Source: a virus. From it: 64,000 bases of DNA. Position 1 is the first letter of the stretch. Every line of letters starts with the position of its first letter. The DNA lies in the IMG/VR virus record IMGVR_UViG_3300011116_001048, positions 1 through 64,000 of that record; one strand, written 5' to 3'. This document shows, piece by piece, positions 15,554-25,269 of the stretch. Both the position numbers and the translations under genes were made by a program. The notes under the pieces are model-generated. The model had not been told where the DNA came from. It made no database searches and saw only the letters and a list, made by a program, of their open reading frames with translations.

Positions 15554-16801
15554 TTAGGTTGCTATGTAATATAGAGTTGCATTACCTGCAGTAGTCTGGA
15601 ATGTTAGATTGTTTAGATTGTTGGTTTCTACGAACAACACATCACCGGACGACATTAAATATGCGCCTGTAGAGCCTGTGAAACCTGATCCGTAAACTAA
15701 CATGTTGTTATTTACCACTTTAAGCGTAATACCAGTTTTTAACGATTGAGAACTTAAAGTAGTACCTGTAAGACCAACGCTAATATTTCCTGTGTACACA
15801 CTACCGGGACGAGTAAATCCTACTATTTGTGCGTTTACACCAGTGGTTCCTACTAAACTATTGTAGATGTTGGGAATAGAAGCAGTGTTGGTGTTTATGG
15901 TGTTTACAGCAGTAACACCACTAATACCAGTTGTTATGTTTGCGGTGTTTAATCCCACAGTGTTGGATACATTTACGTATTGTGTTCCCGTCCAACCAAC
16001 TTCAACCGCAGTCCCGGACGCACTGTGAACGTAATCGCCTTTTACACGAACGGCAGGACCAGCAGTTGCACCGGCGACGTAAAACGGAACCGCAGTATTG
16101 GCTTGGCAAACGCCTACCACAGGATTAATAGTAACTGTAGCGGTTACGCCAGTACCAACGATATTCACATTTAAAGCGTTACCGCTGGAACCTATAACAT
16201 TTCCAGATCCATCACGAAGGGTGACAGGAATCATGGTTTCGCCAGCGTTAGCACCGTAAATTCTTACACCATCGGTAGATTGTAGTAAATAACGACCACC
16301 GGATACGCCTACGGTACCGGAAACAGTTACGCTATCGGTTGTTGACGATAATGGTCTACCACCAGTAATGGTTACTGGATAGCCAGAAACAGTGCCTTGT
16401 ATGGTTGCTCCTGAATTTATTGTAACGGTTCCCGAAACGCTAACGGGGGTGCCACTAGTTATACCTTGAACTCTTCCACTAATTTGTACAGGAATAGTTC
16501 CAGAATCAACGGTTCCTGCAACAACAACAGGCACAGTGGCACTACCAGAAATACCATTTACTATCTTAAAATTTCCAATTCCGTAAACACCACCAGTAAT
16601 ACCAACAGTAGCATTGGATGCTCGAATATCTACAGGAAGAGGGCTGGTTGTGGTGACACGGGTAGCAGTAGTTTGGTCACCAAACGAAACTTTCATTATT
16701 TGGACGTGAGCGTTGGTAACGCCAATAGTGGTGTAGTCTGTAGCTATAGAGGCAGTGTTACCGGTTACGTCAACTGTAATATTTTGGTCAATATCTGGCA
16801 T
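15554..16801 (-). CDS. probable virion fibre/decoration protein, Gly/Thr/Val-rich
   Basis: 415 aa of short beta repeats (PV.V.G.V, GITG, GFTGSTG); SD GGAG. Confidence 0.65.
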   Translation of the reverse strand: MPDIDQNITVDVTGNTASIATDYTTIGVTNAHVQIMKVSFGDQTTATRVTTTSPLPVDIRASNATVGITGGVYGIGNFKIVNGISGSATVPVVVAGTVDSGTIPVQISGRVQGITSGTPVSVSGTVTINSGATIQGTVSGYPVTITGGRPLSSTTDSVTVSGTVGVSGGRYLLQSTDGVRIYGANAGETMIPVTLRDGSGNVIGSSGNALNVNIVGTGVTATVTINPVVGVCQANTAVPFYVAGATAGPAVRVKGDYVHSASGTAVEVGWTGTQYVNVSNTVGLNTANITTGISGVTAVNTINTNTASIPNIYNSLVGTTGVNAQIVGFTRPGSVYTGNISVGLTGTTLSSQSLKTGITLKVVNNNMLVYGSGFTGSTGAYLMSSGDVLFVETNNLNNLTFQTTAGNATLYYIAT

Positions 16802-16860
16802 TTATTTCTCCGTGATTTAGTGGAAAAAAGTTTTGGAAATCATCTATATATAGGTATATT

Positions 16861-17091
16861 ATGGTCTTATTTTTTGATAATGAAACACAAAACGATTTCT
16901 GCAGAGAAGTCGAAAAATACGTAGAAAAATGGAAAACTAATTATCTAGACGCAGTTATAAGCATCTGCGAAGCTAAAGATATTCCGGTAGAAAGTATTGC
17001 TAAAATTTTATCTAAGCCTATAACTGAAAAAATTAAACAGGAAGGGCAAGATTTAAACTTTTTACCCAAATCGTCAAAATTACCTATTTAA
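16861..17091 (+). CDS. gp33: late transcription coactivator gp33
   Basis: F..EVE..V......YLDAV..ICE...I.VES..K.LSKPI.EKIK.E...LNFL; sits before gp32. Confidence 0.88.
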   Translation: MVLFFDNETQNDFCREVEKYVEKWKTNYLDAVISICEAKDIPVESIAKILSKPITEKIKQEGQDLNFLPKSSKLPI

Positions 17092-17095
17092 TTAT

Positions 17096-17123
17096 TTGAC
17101 TTACAACAAATTGGCGGTATACT
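17096..17123 (+). promoter_or_regulatory. sigma70-type promoter, 16-nt spacer
   Basis: TTGACT(17096-101)-N16-TATACT(17118-23) upstream of gp32. Confidence 0.72.
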
Positions 17124-17146
17124 AAAAACAATGGAGAACTATTCAT

Positions 17147-18019
17147 ATGGCATTTAAAGATCTAAAGAAGAATTCATCAAACATGGCAAGCAAGCTCCAA
17201 GAGGAGCTTGAGAAGAGTAACAAGAGCAATGATTACAAGGATGACCGTTTTTGGCGTCCTACTCTGGACTCTGCAAGCAACGGTTATGCGGTTATTCGAT
17301 TTCTTCCAGCAGTGGAAGGCGAAGACATTCCATGGGTTAAGCTGTACTCTCACGCGTTTAAGGGTAAGGGTGGTTGGTTTATTCACAACTGCCCCACGAC
17401 TCTTGGTGAGAAGTGCCCGGTTTGTGAGGCAAACGGTGAACTATGGAATAGTGGTACTGAAAGCGATAAGCGTATTGCTCGTGATCGTAAGCGTAAGCTT
17501 AATTACGTGTCTAATATTCTTGTTGTGGAAGATCCTGCTGCTCCTCAAAACAAGGGTAAGGTGTTCCTGTTCAAGTACGGCAAGAAGATCTTTGAGAAGA
17601 TCCAAGAGCAGATGAATCCGGAATTTGATGACGAGACTGCAGTTAATCCGTTTGACTTCTGGAAGGGTGCCAACTTCAAGCTTAAGGTTCGTAAGGTTGA
17701 GGGGTATGTGAACTACGACAAGTCGGAGTTTAGTGCTGCCTCAGGACTGTTTGATGGCGATGACGCCAAGCTTGAGGCTCTATGGAAAAAGCAATACGCT
17801 CTCAAGGAGTTTGTGAATCCCAAGGAGTTCAAGAGTTATCCTGAGCTAAAGACCAAGCTTGTGGATGCTCTTGGTGGTGATCTACGTGCTGATGCCGGTG
17901 AAGACGACACTATTGAGTCGGAAACACCGGTTAGTCGTGCGCCTCGTCGTCCTGCCAAGCAAGAGGCAGACGAAGATGTGGATGTAGACGATTATCTGAA
18001 GAGTCTAGGCGAAGAGTAA
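17147..18019 (+). CDS. gp32: single-stranded DNA-binding protein gp32
   Basis: DDRFWRP, GYAVIRFLP, H-NCPTT..CPVCE zinc site, KRKLNYVSNI, FKYGKKIF, NPFDFWKGANFKLK, NYDKSEF, acidic tail. Confidence 0.96.
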   Translation: MAFKDLKKNSSNMASKLQEELEKSNKSNDYKDDRFWRPTLDSASNGYAVIRFLPAVEGEDIPWVKLYSHAFKGKGGWFIHNCPTTLGEKCPVCEANGELWNSGTESDKRIARDRKRKLNYVSNILVVEDPAAPQNKGKVFLFKYGKKIFEKIQEQMNPEFDDETAVNPFDFWKGANFKLKVRKVEGYVNYDKSEFSAASGLFDGDDAKLEALWKKQYALKEFVNPKEFKSYPELKTKLVDALGGDLRADAGEDDTIESETPVSRAPRRPAKQEADEDVDVDDYLKSLGEE

Positions 18020-18022
18020 AAT

Positions 18023-18053
18023 AAAAAAGGCCCCGAAAGGGGCCTTTTCTTTT
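18023..18053. terminator. bidirectional terminator, GAAA tetraloop
   Basis: AAAAGGCCCC-GAAA-GGGGCCTTTT between convergent genes. Confidence 0.88.
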
Positions 18054-18564
18054 ATCCTATATCTGCTCTCCACTGAGGACTTCTTTGGTAATCAGATCTA
18101 ATATTTCTTAAATAATCAGAGGTTACTTGTGTTACGTTATTGGTGTGGTTGCTTACGTTTGTGTTTGTATTAGCAACTTGATTACCGCCAGATTCTTTGC
18201 CCATGACTGATGCTGCTCCGGATAGGTTTGCAATCTGGGCCATTTTTTGTTCCATATCAGAAACACTGCGTTGTGCGTATTTTATAGCATCGGCTTCATT
18301 CATTCCGTAAACTGCATTAGGGTTAATTGAAGCTGCTGTTTGTCTTGCTTGTTGTATAGCCTGTGAAAACGAAATCTGTCTGGGTTGCTCTTGTTGAGTT
18401 AGTTGGTTGTGTTCGTTTACTGCCGTTGCTGCTGCTTCCTGTGTTGATGTTCTGGTTGGTTTTTGTGGAGAAGCCGGTTTAGGCTTTTTAGGAGTCACAT
18501 CAGATGTGGCAAAAAATTTACCAGTTTTTGTAAAGTCTTCGTTAACAACGTTAGGATCAATCAT
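18052..18564 (-). CDS. short protein in the tape-measure (gp29-like) position
   Basis: Downstream of gp26/gp51; Q/A-rich helical body; C-terminal N/T-rich NTNTNVSNHTNNVT segment like T4-like tape-measure C-termini. Confidence 0.45.
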   Translation of the reverse strand: MIDPNVVNEDFTKTGKFFATSDVTPKKPKPASPQKPTRTSTQEAAATAVNEHNQLTQQEQPRQISFSQAIQQARQTAASINPNAVYGMNEADAIKYAQRSVSDMEQKMAQIANLSGAASVMGKESGGNQVANTNTNVSNHTNNVTQVTSDYLRNIRSDYQRSPQWRADIG

Positions 18565-18754
18565 TGGGCATTATTCCTTTGTTTTGTGATACTCTTTGTT
18601 TTTCTTCGTTTAAATATGCTCGTACTTGTTCTACGTATACTGCACGTTCCCACGGAATCATCATTTCTACCTCTTGTATACTGTAATTGTGGTGATACTT
18701 TAATTGAAAATTTTGTCTGTAGTACAGCTGTAAGTTTAAATGATTAAAAAAAAA
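18557..18754 (-). CDS. gp51: gp51-like baseplate hub assembly protein, lacking its own start (frameshift product)
   Basis: Hand translation FFFNHLNLQLYYRQNFQLKYHHNYSIQEVEMMIPWERAVYVEQVRAYLNEEKQRVSQNKGIMPND; YY..NF.L..HH.YS..E.E.M.PWER..Y is the gp51 signature; frame closed by TAG at 18755-57. Confidence 0.85.
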   Translation of the reverse strand, partial: FFFNHLNLQLYYRQNFQLKYHHNYSIQEVEMMIPWERAVYVEQVRAYLNEEKQRVSQNKGIMPND

Positions 18755-19449
18755 CTAATAAAATCAAACAACCCTTTAATTTTTATTTCACGAGTTTTTT
18801 CGTCTGAGGTCTGATATGTGGAGAAAACTTCAACTTGCGGTAAAGTGTCAAAATACGAAACAACGGCTTTAAACTGCCCGGATGTAAGATTTTTAACAAA
18901 ATCAATCACTTCTTTTTCTGAAACTTCTGAACAATCAATTACCTCTTTTTGATTTTGTATCTGTTTAATACACGAAGCAATAAATGCGTAAGTTTCTTCT
19001 GTGGATGTTTTGTAATTTGGATATTTTAATAGTAATTTTATTGTAGGTTCATTAAATACAACAATTAAATTTTCATTTAATTTTACTTTATTGGTGTTTT
19101 TATTTTTTATTAATCGTATTTGTTTCGTTAAATCTACTTTTATAGATACTTCTTCACCAGTATCTGGACATTTAATTGTAAACCCTTCTAGTTCTCCTAC
19201 AGATTTTGCCCGTAATAGCAAAAACATGTGCTCAAAATCTGCAACAGTCCAGTCTTTACTACTACCAAAACATGCAGAAATAACGTTTGTAAGGGTTTTT
19301 AACAGTGTTTGATTATTTCCTGATTGTATTGCTAGCAGTAAAGCTTTTTCTTCTGACACAATCATGGGCCTAAAATACACTTCTTTACCAGAAATTAATG
19401 TATCAGAATATTGAGGTAATGACGATATTAATAAATCTTTAAGAGCCAT
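18736..19449 (-). CDS. gp26: baseplate hub assembly protein gp26
   Basis: LPQY..L.SGKEVYFRPMIVSEEKALLLA, DFEHMFLLLRAKSVGE, CPD, FIASCI..I, F.TLP, IKGL.DF. Confidence 0.9.
   Translation of the reverse strand: MALKDLLISSLPQYSDTLISGKEVYFRPMIVSEEKALLLAIQSGNNQTLLKTLTNVISACFGSSKDWTVADFEHMFLLLRAKSVGELEGFTIKCPDTGEEVSIKVDLTKQIRLIKNKNTNKVKLNENLIVVFNEPTIKLLLKYPNYKTSTEETYAFIASCIKQIQNQKEVIDCSEVSEKEVIDFVKNLTSGQFKAVVSYFDTLPQVEVFSTYQTSDEKTREIKIKGLFDFISFFLII
18745..18754 (-). other. slippery site U9A (U UUU UUU / U UUU UUA) for programmed -1 frameshift
   Basis: gp26 codons AGT TTT TTT TTA; the -1 frame opens into the gp51-like ORF. Confidence 0.78.
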
Positions 19450-19451
19450 AA

Positions 19452-20024
19452 TTACTTATCACTTGTTGTATAATATCTATAGTTCATATCTACAGTTAAA
19501 GTTAAATAATCATTTGTTGCATCATTCATCATTTGTGTTGGTAATATGGTGCTAGGATACGCATCATACAGAGTTATTCGGCGATTTGTTTGCTCATTGT
19601 TGTCTAGGGCATAAATATCAACAGTCCCGGTAATTTCGCCAAAATAACGAACAAATAAAGAATTATTTCTGGTATTTCTTCTATCACCGATAAACATATA
19701 GTCAATCCAATCATCAAAGAATTTTCTAGTTTTCCAAGTTTTGTCTACAATAAAATCGATAATAAATCGTTCGTCGTATTCTCGTTTTACCGGAATGTCT
19801 ATGTTAGGTCCTGAAGGAGCCACAGTATCAGGATAATACGTGACAACTTGTTGTGGAATTTGAACGTTGGTAGCAAAAAGTACAGTTTGATCTAAATTTG
19901 CTCCTGTTGGAGGAGTAACGTCTACTCTAAATCTATTAGATCTTTGAAATCCTGATAAATTTTGAAAAAATGAAACTAATGTACCGATATCTGAATTTTG
20001 TAGTGATTTATTTACTGAAGCCAT
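19452..20024 (-). CDS. gp54: tail-tube-fold baseplate/tube initiator (gp54-like)
   Basis: GFQRSNRFRV, NVQIP, F.VDK....RKFFDDW, LYDAYP.TI, LTVDMNYRY. Confidence 0.75.
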   Translation of the reverse strand: MASVNKSLQNSDIGTLVSFFQNLSGFQRSNRFRVDVTPPTGANLDQTVLFATNVQIPQQVVTYYPDTVAPSGPNIDIPVKREYDERFIIDFIVDKTWKTRKFFDDWIDYMFIGDRRNTRNNSLFVRYFGEITGTVDIYALDNNEQTNRRITLYDAYPSTILPTQMMNDATNDYLTLTVDMNYRYYTTSDK

Positions 20025-20026
20025 GA

Positions 20027-20458
20027 TTAGCCTTTAAATAAGCTGTCTTCTGTTAATATTTTAAAAGTCCATCCTTTTTCTTCGCAATACGCCGTTGCTG
20101 CTTTCCATTTACACATATTTGTTTCATAAGTTATACATTCATTCAGATACGCTTTTTTGTTTTTTCTTGGTGCTGGTTGTTGTGTTTGCTTTTTAGGTTT
20201 AATTTCCACCATAAACGTCTTAACTTCATTTTCTTTAACCGCTTCAAACACAAAATCCGGATAATAGTGATGTAATTGTCTGTCTATAGTAGATAGATAC
20301 GGAATTTTTATCTCTTCACTGGACCATCGGATAATATTGGAATTTTCATCTAAATATTTACAAAATCTACGTTCCCAGTTAGAACGACAGACAATATTGT
20401 GTACATTACCAACATACTTGTTGGGATTTTGAGGTTCAAATTTGGTTTTATATGCCAT
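20027..20458 (-). CDS. gp4: head completion nuclease gp4
   Basis: MAYKTKFEPQNPNKYVG, RSNWERRFC.YLD, WSSEE..IPY, YYPDF, VEIKP..QT..P, N..KW.AA..YC. Confidence 0.92.
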   Translation of the reverse strand: MAYKTKFEPQNPNKYVGNVHNIVCRSNWERRFCKYLDENSNIIRWSSEEIKIPYLSTIDRQLHHYYPDFVFEAVKENEVKTFMVEIKPKKQTQQPAPRKNKKAYLNECITYETNMCKWKAATAYCEEKGWTFKILTEDSLFKG

Positions 20459-20487
20459 GAAATTTCAATATATATTTAGAGAAAAAT

Positions 20488-21279
20488 ATGGCATCCACCT
20501 TACAATTTCCACCCAAAAACGATCCGTTTGAGAGAGATGTGCCTGTTTGGATGGCATTTTATGTTGCTGAATACAGTACTTTTAATAAAAATAGAACCAG
20601 AGCAGCGGTAAAAAATGGAGCATTTGGTAAAATTCTTATACCGTATCCCAAAGAACATGCTACTCTTAATAGCCAAAACTATACAGCTGGTGGTAGTCTA
20701 AACGTACAATCGGTAGAAACCGGCAGCCTTTTAGGCACATTAGCACAACAAATAACCGGCACAAAAGAACTGTTTAACAGTTTTTTAAGTGGTGGCAGTG
20801 TTATTCGTTTTGATCACTTTGAAACCATTTTAGAGCCCGGTGCCAGAAGAACCCACGCATTTAATATTAATTTTATGGCAAAGACAAAAGCTCAAGCGGA
20901 AGCAGCAAACGCCATAGCATTAACATTTCAAGCAAACATGTATCCTATAGCAGGAACCCAATCACTGTTAACCATGAACCATCCTCCGTTGTGGTATTTT
21001 GAGGCTGTTGTTCCCAACGGCAGTGGTTACGGTGTTCCGTATGCTCCAGCATTATATTGGGATGGTCATCCTCTAGTTTCTGTATTAAAAAATGTTGATA
21101 TTAATCGTTCTCCTATTATTAATACTCCGTTTACTACTTCTGATTTTCGCCCATTAGCAATCAATGTAAAATTAACATTTATCGAACTAGAACCAGCGAT
21201 GGCACCCGGAGACGGTTCCGCAAATATTATATCCAGATCCGAAAGATTTACTCAAACAGGAAGACCACGAACGTCATAA
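20488..21279 (+). CDS. gp48: baseplate tail-tube cap gp48-like
   Basis: ILIPYP, E....PGARRTHAF..NF.AK...AE, F...MYP; position before gp53. Confidence 0.65.
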   Translation: MASTLQFPPKNDPFERDVPVWMAFYVAEYSTFNKNRTRAAVKNGAFGKILIPYPKEHATLNSQNYTAGGSLNVQSVETGSLLGTLAQQITGTKELFNSFLSGGSVIRFDHFETILEPGARRTHAFNINFMAKTKAQAEAANAIALTFQANMYPIAGTQSLLTMNHPPLWYFEAVVPNGSGYGVPYAPALYWDGHPLVSVLKNVDINRSPIINTPFTTSDFRPLAINVKLTFIELEPAMAPGDGSANIISRSERFTQTGRPRTS

Positions 21280-21283
21280 TAAC

Positions 21284-23086
21284 ATGTTTCAATATTTTCC
21301 AAAAATAAATTACGGATTTAGTGGTGGGACGTTTGAAGTAACCGATATTTTTAAATCTATTAATTTAGTTTTTGATAGACCAGATGCTCTTTTAACAACT
21401 ACTGCTTTGCCCGGAGAACGTCCCGATCAAATATCAGATCGTTTATATAAAGACCCTCAGTATTATTGGTCTTTATTTTTAACAAATGGTGTAAAAAATC
21501 CGTTAAGAGAATGGGCGCAATCTCAAGAAAGTTATAATGCCCAAATAGAAACAGAATATAGTGGTTGGGTGTATCAATTTGCTAATACGTCAGATTTTCT
21601 TCCTGCTGCCGGTTCTACTGGTTTTACAGGAGATTTTTTAAAGCGTTACGAAGGTACAGATTTAAGCTCTGTCATGGCTGGCGATCTGCTTATCTACGAA
21701 ACCGGAACTGGTCCGTTTAGTATTAAATGTTATGGTGCAGGAGGCGTTACTTCTGCTAATTCGTGTGGTTCTCCCCAATATGGCCAGTGCATAATTCCAG
21801 ACAATTTTAATCAACAGCAAAATGTTGTTCAAATTTCTGCCGGTAATTATTTTGTGTCTGCTTTGGATTCTAAAGGATACATTTACGCGTGGGGAAATAT
21901 AACACCAGGCAGTTCTTTTACCGCTTTTGACCGTTTATACAAGTCTGTATCCGGTAACTACAAGTATATTGACGCTTCCGGAGATAGAATAGTCGCAGTT
22001 AACAGTAATAACCAGATGGAATGTTTTGGTGATTGTTCAGACTTTATCGCATACAATGCTTCAGCAACAACAAACGTTGCAAGAACTGCATGGACCAGTA
22101 ATTCGTCTGGTGGTGTTGCTATTAGACTAGACGGAACCGCAGTAGGATACGGTTACACCCCGCCAGCATCCTTATACAGAGTCGATTGCGGTAACGGATA
22201 TTGTGTAGGGATATTACCAACCACGTTCGGTTTAACCGCTTTTGGTACTAATGCTGGTAATGGAAACCTAGTAGTTCCTCCGGGCGTTTTGGGAATAACA
22301 ATGATTTCGGTTACAGACACCCATGCACTGGCACTAGATACCTCAGGACAAATATATTCGTGGGGCAATAATAATGATGGCCAGTTAAATTATCCGTCTG
22401 GAACTTTCAAGAAAGTATCCGCTGGAAGATCACATTCTGCTGCTATAGACACTAATAATAATTTAGTAGTTTGGGGTCAAATATTGTACTATGGAGACGC
22501 TAGTTGCGACGGTCAATCGTATCAAAAAGCAACACCACTAGGGTTGAGTGGAGCGTTTTTTGATGTGCAATCTGGTTACGATCATTTAATATTAAAAGGT
22601 GTAGGCACAAATTACAAATATGTTGGTGTTGTAGATTCCATCGACACCATATCAAAACGAGTGTTTATAAAAACGTATCAATTCCCAAATACAACTCCTG
22701 TAAAATTTCAAGATCCTTCTGGCACTGTAGTTTCTGTTTGGCGATTTAATAATGCAACAAATCGTTACGAACAAATAAAAACTATACAAAATCAATTGCT
22801 AAGTATAGATAAGTATCTGGATTCACCAATCTACGTACAACAAAATGGAGAAATTTTAGATCTAACTGCCACTGGCGTCTGGGAGAACGTTTATCTGGCT
22901 GGTTATCAAACCGCCAATAATAATGATGATTTTATTACTCCTAGAAAACAATTATTGGACGTTGACCTTTACAACAAAACACAAATCAAACAACTCAGTT
23001 TAACTGGTGTTAAAAATTTAGAAACCGCAATACAAGAGTTATTTAATAATAATAATACAAATGAAATAAAAATAAGTAGCTTATGA
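21284..23086 (+). CDS. gp53: baseplate wedge gp53 with inserted RCC1-like beta-propeller
   Basis: N-term YFPKINY...DIF...GERPDQIS..LY.DPQYYW..FL.N...NP..EW; middle ISAG...ALD..G.IY.WG repeats; C-term N..QIK.L. Confidence 0.82.
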   Translation: MFQYFPKINYGFSGGTFEVTDIFKSINLVFDRPDALLTTTALPGERPDQISDRLYKDPQYYWSLFLTNGVKNPLREWAQSQESYNAQIETEYSGWVYQFANTSDFLPAAGSTGFTGDFLKRYEGTDLSSVMAGDLLIYETGTGPFSIKCYGAGGVTSANSCGSPQYGQCIIPDNFNQQQNVVQISAGNYFVSALDSKGYIYAWGNITPGSSFTAFDRLYKSVSGNYKYIDASGDRIVAVNSNNQMECFGDCSDFIAYNASATTNVARTAWTSNSSGGVAIRLDGTAVGYGYTPPASLYRVDCGNGYCVGILPTTFGLTAFGTNAGNGNLVVPPGVLGITMISVTDTHALALDTSGQIYSWGNNNDGQLNYPSGTFKKVSAGRSHSAAIDTNNNLVVWGQILYYGDASCDGQSYQKATPLGLSGAFFDVQSGYDHLILKGVGTNYKYVGVVDSIDTISKRVFIKTYQFPNTTPVKFQDPSGTVVSVWRFNNATNRYEQIKTIQNQLLSIDKYLDSPIYVQQNGEILDLTATGVWENVYLAGYQTANNNDDFITPRKQLLDVDLYNKTQIKQLSLTGVKNLETAIQELFNNNNTNEIKISSL

Positions 23087-25269
23087 GTGATCCAAATATA
23101 AATTTTCCAAATGTTAGTGGCGTACAAATTAAAGTTTCTGCTTTAGATCTGTATCCTAGAGATACCACTTTTGAAAACGAAACTATACTTTTTAGTAGTA
23201 TTACCATCGATGAAGATATGTTTGCTGAATCGGTATTTGGTTCTGTAGAATTTATTGATACATCCAAAAATTTATTTTACACAAACCAAATATCCATAAA
23301 CGATCCGGTGCTTATTAGTTTTGATGGAAAAACTTTTGAATTTAAAATAATAGATATAAACATTGTTAGTGATCTAGCATCCAAACAAATAGTTGGTCCT
23401 GATAGTCGTCCTACAAAAATTATTGTTCGTTTTGCTTCGGATACTTTCTTAAACGCTAATTTTACCAAAACATTTTATGAAGATTTTATAGGAAAAATTT
23501 CTATAAAAGAAGAGGACCAAAGTAAAACTAGTTATTTGCCAGAAGTAAAACTACCGGATGCAAAATCTAAAGTAGACGATTTTGTTCAGTTAACAGGATT
23601 TCTTCAAACCCAAATTGCTCCAATTTTAACTAAGCCATTAAAAGCAGATTCTACATTTAATGATATATGGTTAAAACACGACCCAACTCATTATCCCTAC
23701 TCCAAACTTGGTAGCTCGTTACGTATTTCACAAATTATGAATTATATCTGCGAATATGCATGTGACCTATACAATAAAGATGCAGTAAATTTTTTCTTTT
23801 GGGAAGATTTACAATCGTGGAATTTTAGATCTATTGAAAGTTTATTACGAGAACAAAGTAATTTAAAGGATAAAGATTTACCGTATTTTACACCCACTAC
23901 GGACGAAAATAACGCAGGCGCAATAGTATCCATGGAAGTTATTAACGCAGTATTGCCTAATAAGTTATTAGATGGTGGTGCGTTTGTTAGTGAATATGTA
24001 AGAATTAAACCTAATTGGGAAGAACCGTTTAATTCGTATCTTGATACTGTCGGCAATTTAAAAAGAAAACGAATAGAATACAATTACCAAACTGACCGTT
24101 CTTGGTTGCCCATATCGTCAACTCCTGTTCGATATTTTGAGGGGCTTAGTACAACTGTTCGTATTACAGATACTGTATACGGTTATTACACTAATCCATA
24201 TCAACAAGCGGCTACACCTTGGTGGAATTATTATGATAATTACAACCAATATGAAAACGATGAATCGTTTATTGTTCAATCCGACAGAACAGAAACAGAA
24301 TTTTGGCAATCACAATACGATATGTGTGAATTGCCCGGTGATTATTTAAATATTATCATGAAAAAAATTAAATGGCGAGAAGCTTTGGTTACGTATCGCA
24401 GAGACTATGCAGACCAAAAACGACTAAAACGACAATGGGAAGTGTATAAAAAATCTGCATGTTGTGAAAGAGAACAACCAGAAACATTTTTTGCTTTATT
24501 AACAAAAGCAACTAAATTATATGGTGGAATCGATCAAACTATTTCTGAAAATTCTACTAATAAAATAACAACAGATGCAGGTGGTATTTGGAAATACGAA
24601 TGGACAGAAATAGAATTTTGGCCACGAGCAGATTCTGCACAAATACCAGCGGCAAATATAGACCCTGCGACTGGCCAAGCAAATCCTTGGTCTCAATATT
24701 CTATAATAGAATTTGAAGATAATTCTTTCCCGTTTGTGTTTGTTATGCCACAGGGATATATGCAAGGCATTACTCCAATTGATGCCACATATCCCGATAA
24801 CAGAGCCTATAATTTAAATGAAATTTTAAATTCAAGAGTACCAGAAGAATTTGAATATCTTAATAGTGACGGATCTACCGGTGCTCCTTTTAGTCTAATA
24901 ATGAATCCAGGCATAACAGATACGTTAGGATTTACTGGAGCACGTGCAGATAAGACCTCAATAACATCATATCCTACAGGATTTAAAATGATGCCTATCG
25001 GTAAATTCCGTCTGATTAAAGGACCGTGTCCTGCAACTTGGTCTGGTGATGGTACTGATTCTAATAGTGAGTTTTATCATGCAGGTAGAGTGGTACAAAT
25101 GTTCCGTATCCCGGCAAAAGCACTAACCACGATACGCGGAGAAACTTTACCTATACAGGTGGTAGTAGATACAGAAGACGGACCAACCGTAGGCGAACGA
25201 GATCCTATTTCTAATCTATATGTGTTTGATATAGAAAATGCACACGATGGTTTGTGTGTAGATTGTTAA
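23083..25269 (+). CDS. baseplate hub (gp27-like) N-terminal part with long C-terminal extension
   Basis: I.EDMF..SV.GS..F.D, F...D, FFFWEDLQSWNFRSIESL; position after gp53. Confidence 0.65.
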   Translation: MSDPNINFPNVSGVQIKVSALDLYPRDTTFENETILFSSITIDEDMFAESVFGSVEFIDTSKNLFYTNQISINDPVLISFDGKTFEFKIIDINIVSDLASKQIVGPDSRPTKIIVRFASDTFLNANFTKTFYEDFIGKISIKEEDQSKTSYLPEVKLPDAKSKVDDFVQLTGFLQTQIAPILTKPLKADSTFNDIWLKHDPTHYPYSKLGSSLRISQIMNYICEYACDLYNKDAVNFFFWEDLQSWNFRSIESLLREQSNLKDKDLPYFTPTTDENNAGAIVSMEVINAVLPNKLLDGGAFVSEYVRIKPNWEEPFNSYLDTVGNLKRKRIEYNYQTDRSWLPISSTPVRYFEGLSTTVRITDTVYGYYTNPYQQAATPWWNYYDNYNQYENDESFIVQSDRTETEFWQSQYDMCELPGDYLNIIMKKIKWREALVTYRRDYADQKRLKRQWEVYKKSACCEREQPETFFALLTKATKLYGGIDQTISENSTNKITTDAGGIWKYEWTEIEFWPRADSAQIPAANIDPATGQANPWSQYSIIEFEDNSFPFVFVMPQGYMQGITPIDATYPDNRAYNLNEILNSRVPEEFEYLNSDGSTGAPFSLIMNPGITDTLGFTGARADKTSITSYPTGFKMMPIGKFRLIKGPCPATWSGDGTDSNSEFYHAGRVVQMFRIPAKALTTIRGETLPIQVVVDTEDGPTVGERDPISNLYVFDIENAHDGLCVDC

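Noticed and set aside
17131-17157. 8-codon uORF (ATG GAG AAC ... TAA) at +8 of the gp32 promoter, overlapping the gp32 start
   Set aside because: The ATG is explained by the GGAG Shine-Dalgarno of gp32; no independent support for translation.
20027-20458. TnsA-like or homing endonuclease as a mobile element
   Set aside because: Sequence and position match the core T4-like head completion protein gp4; no terminal repeats or insertion signature.
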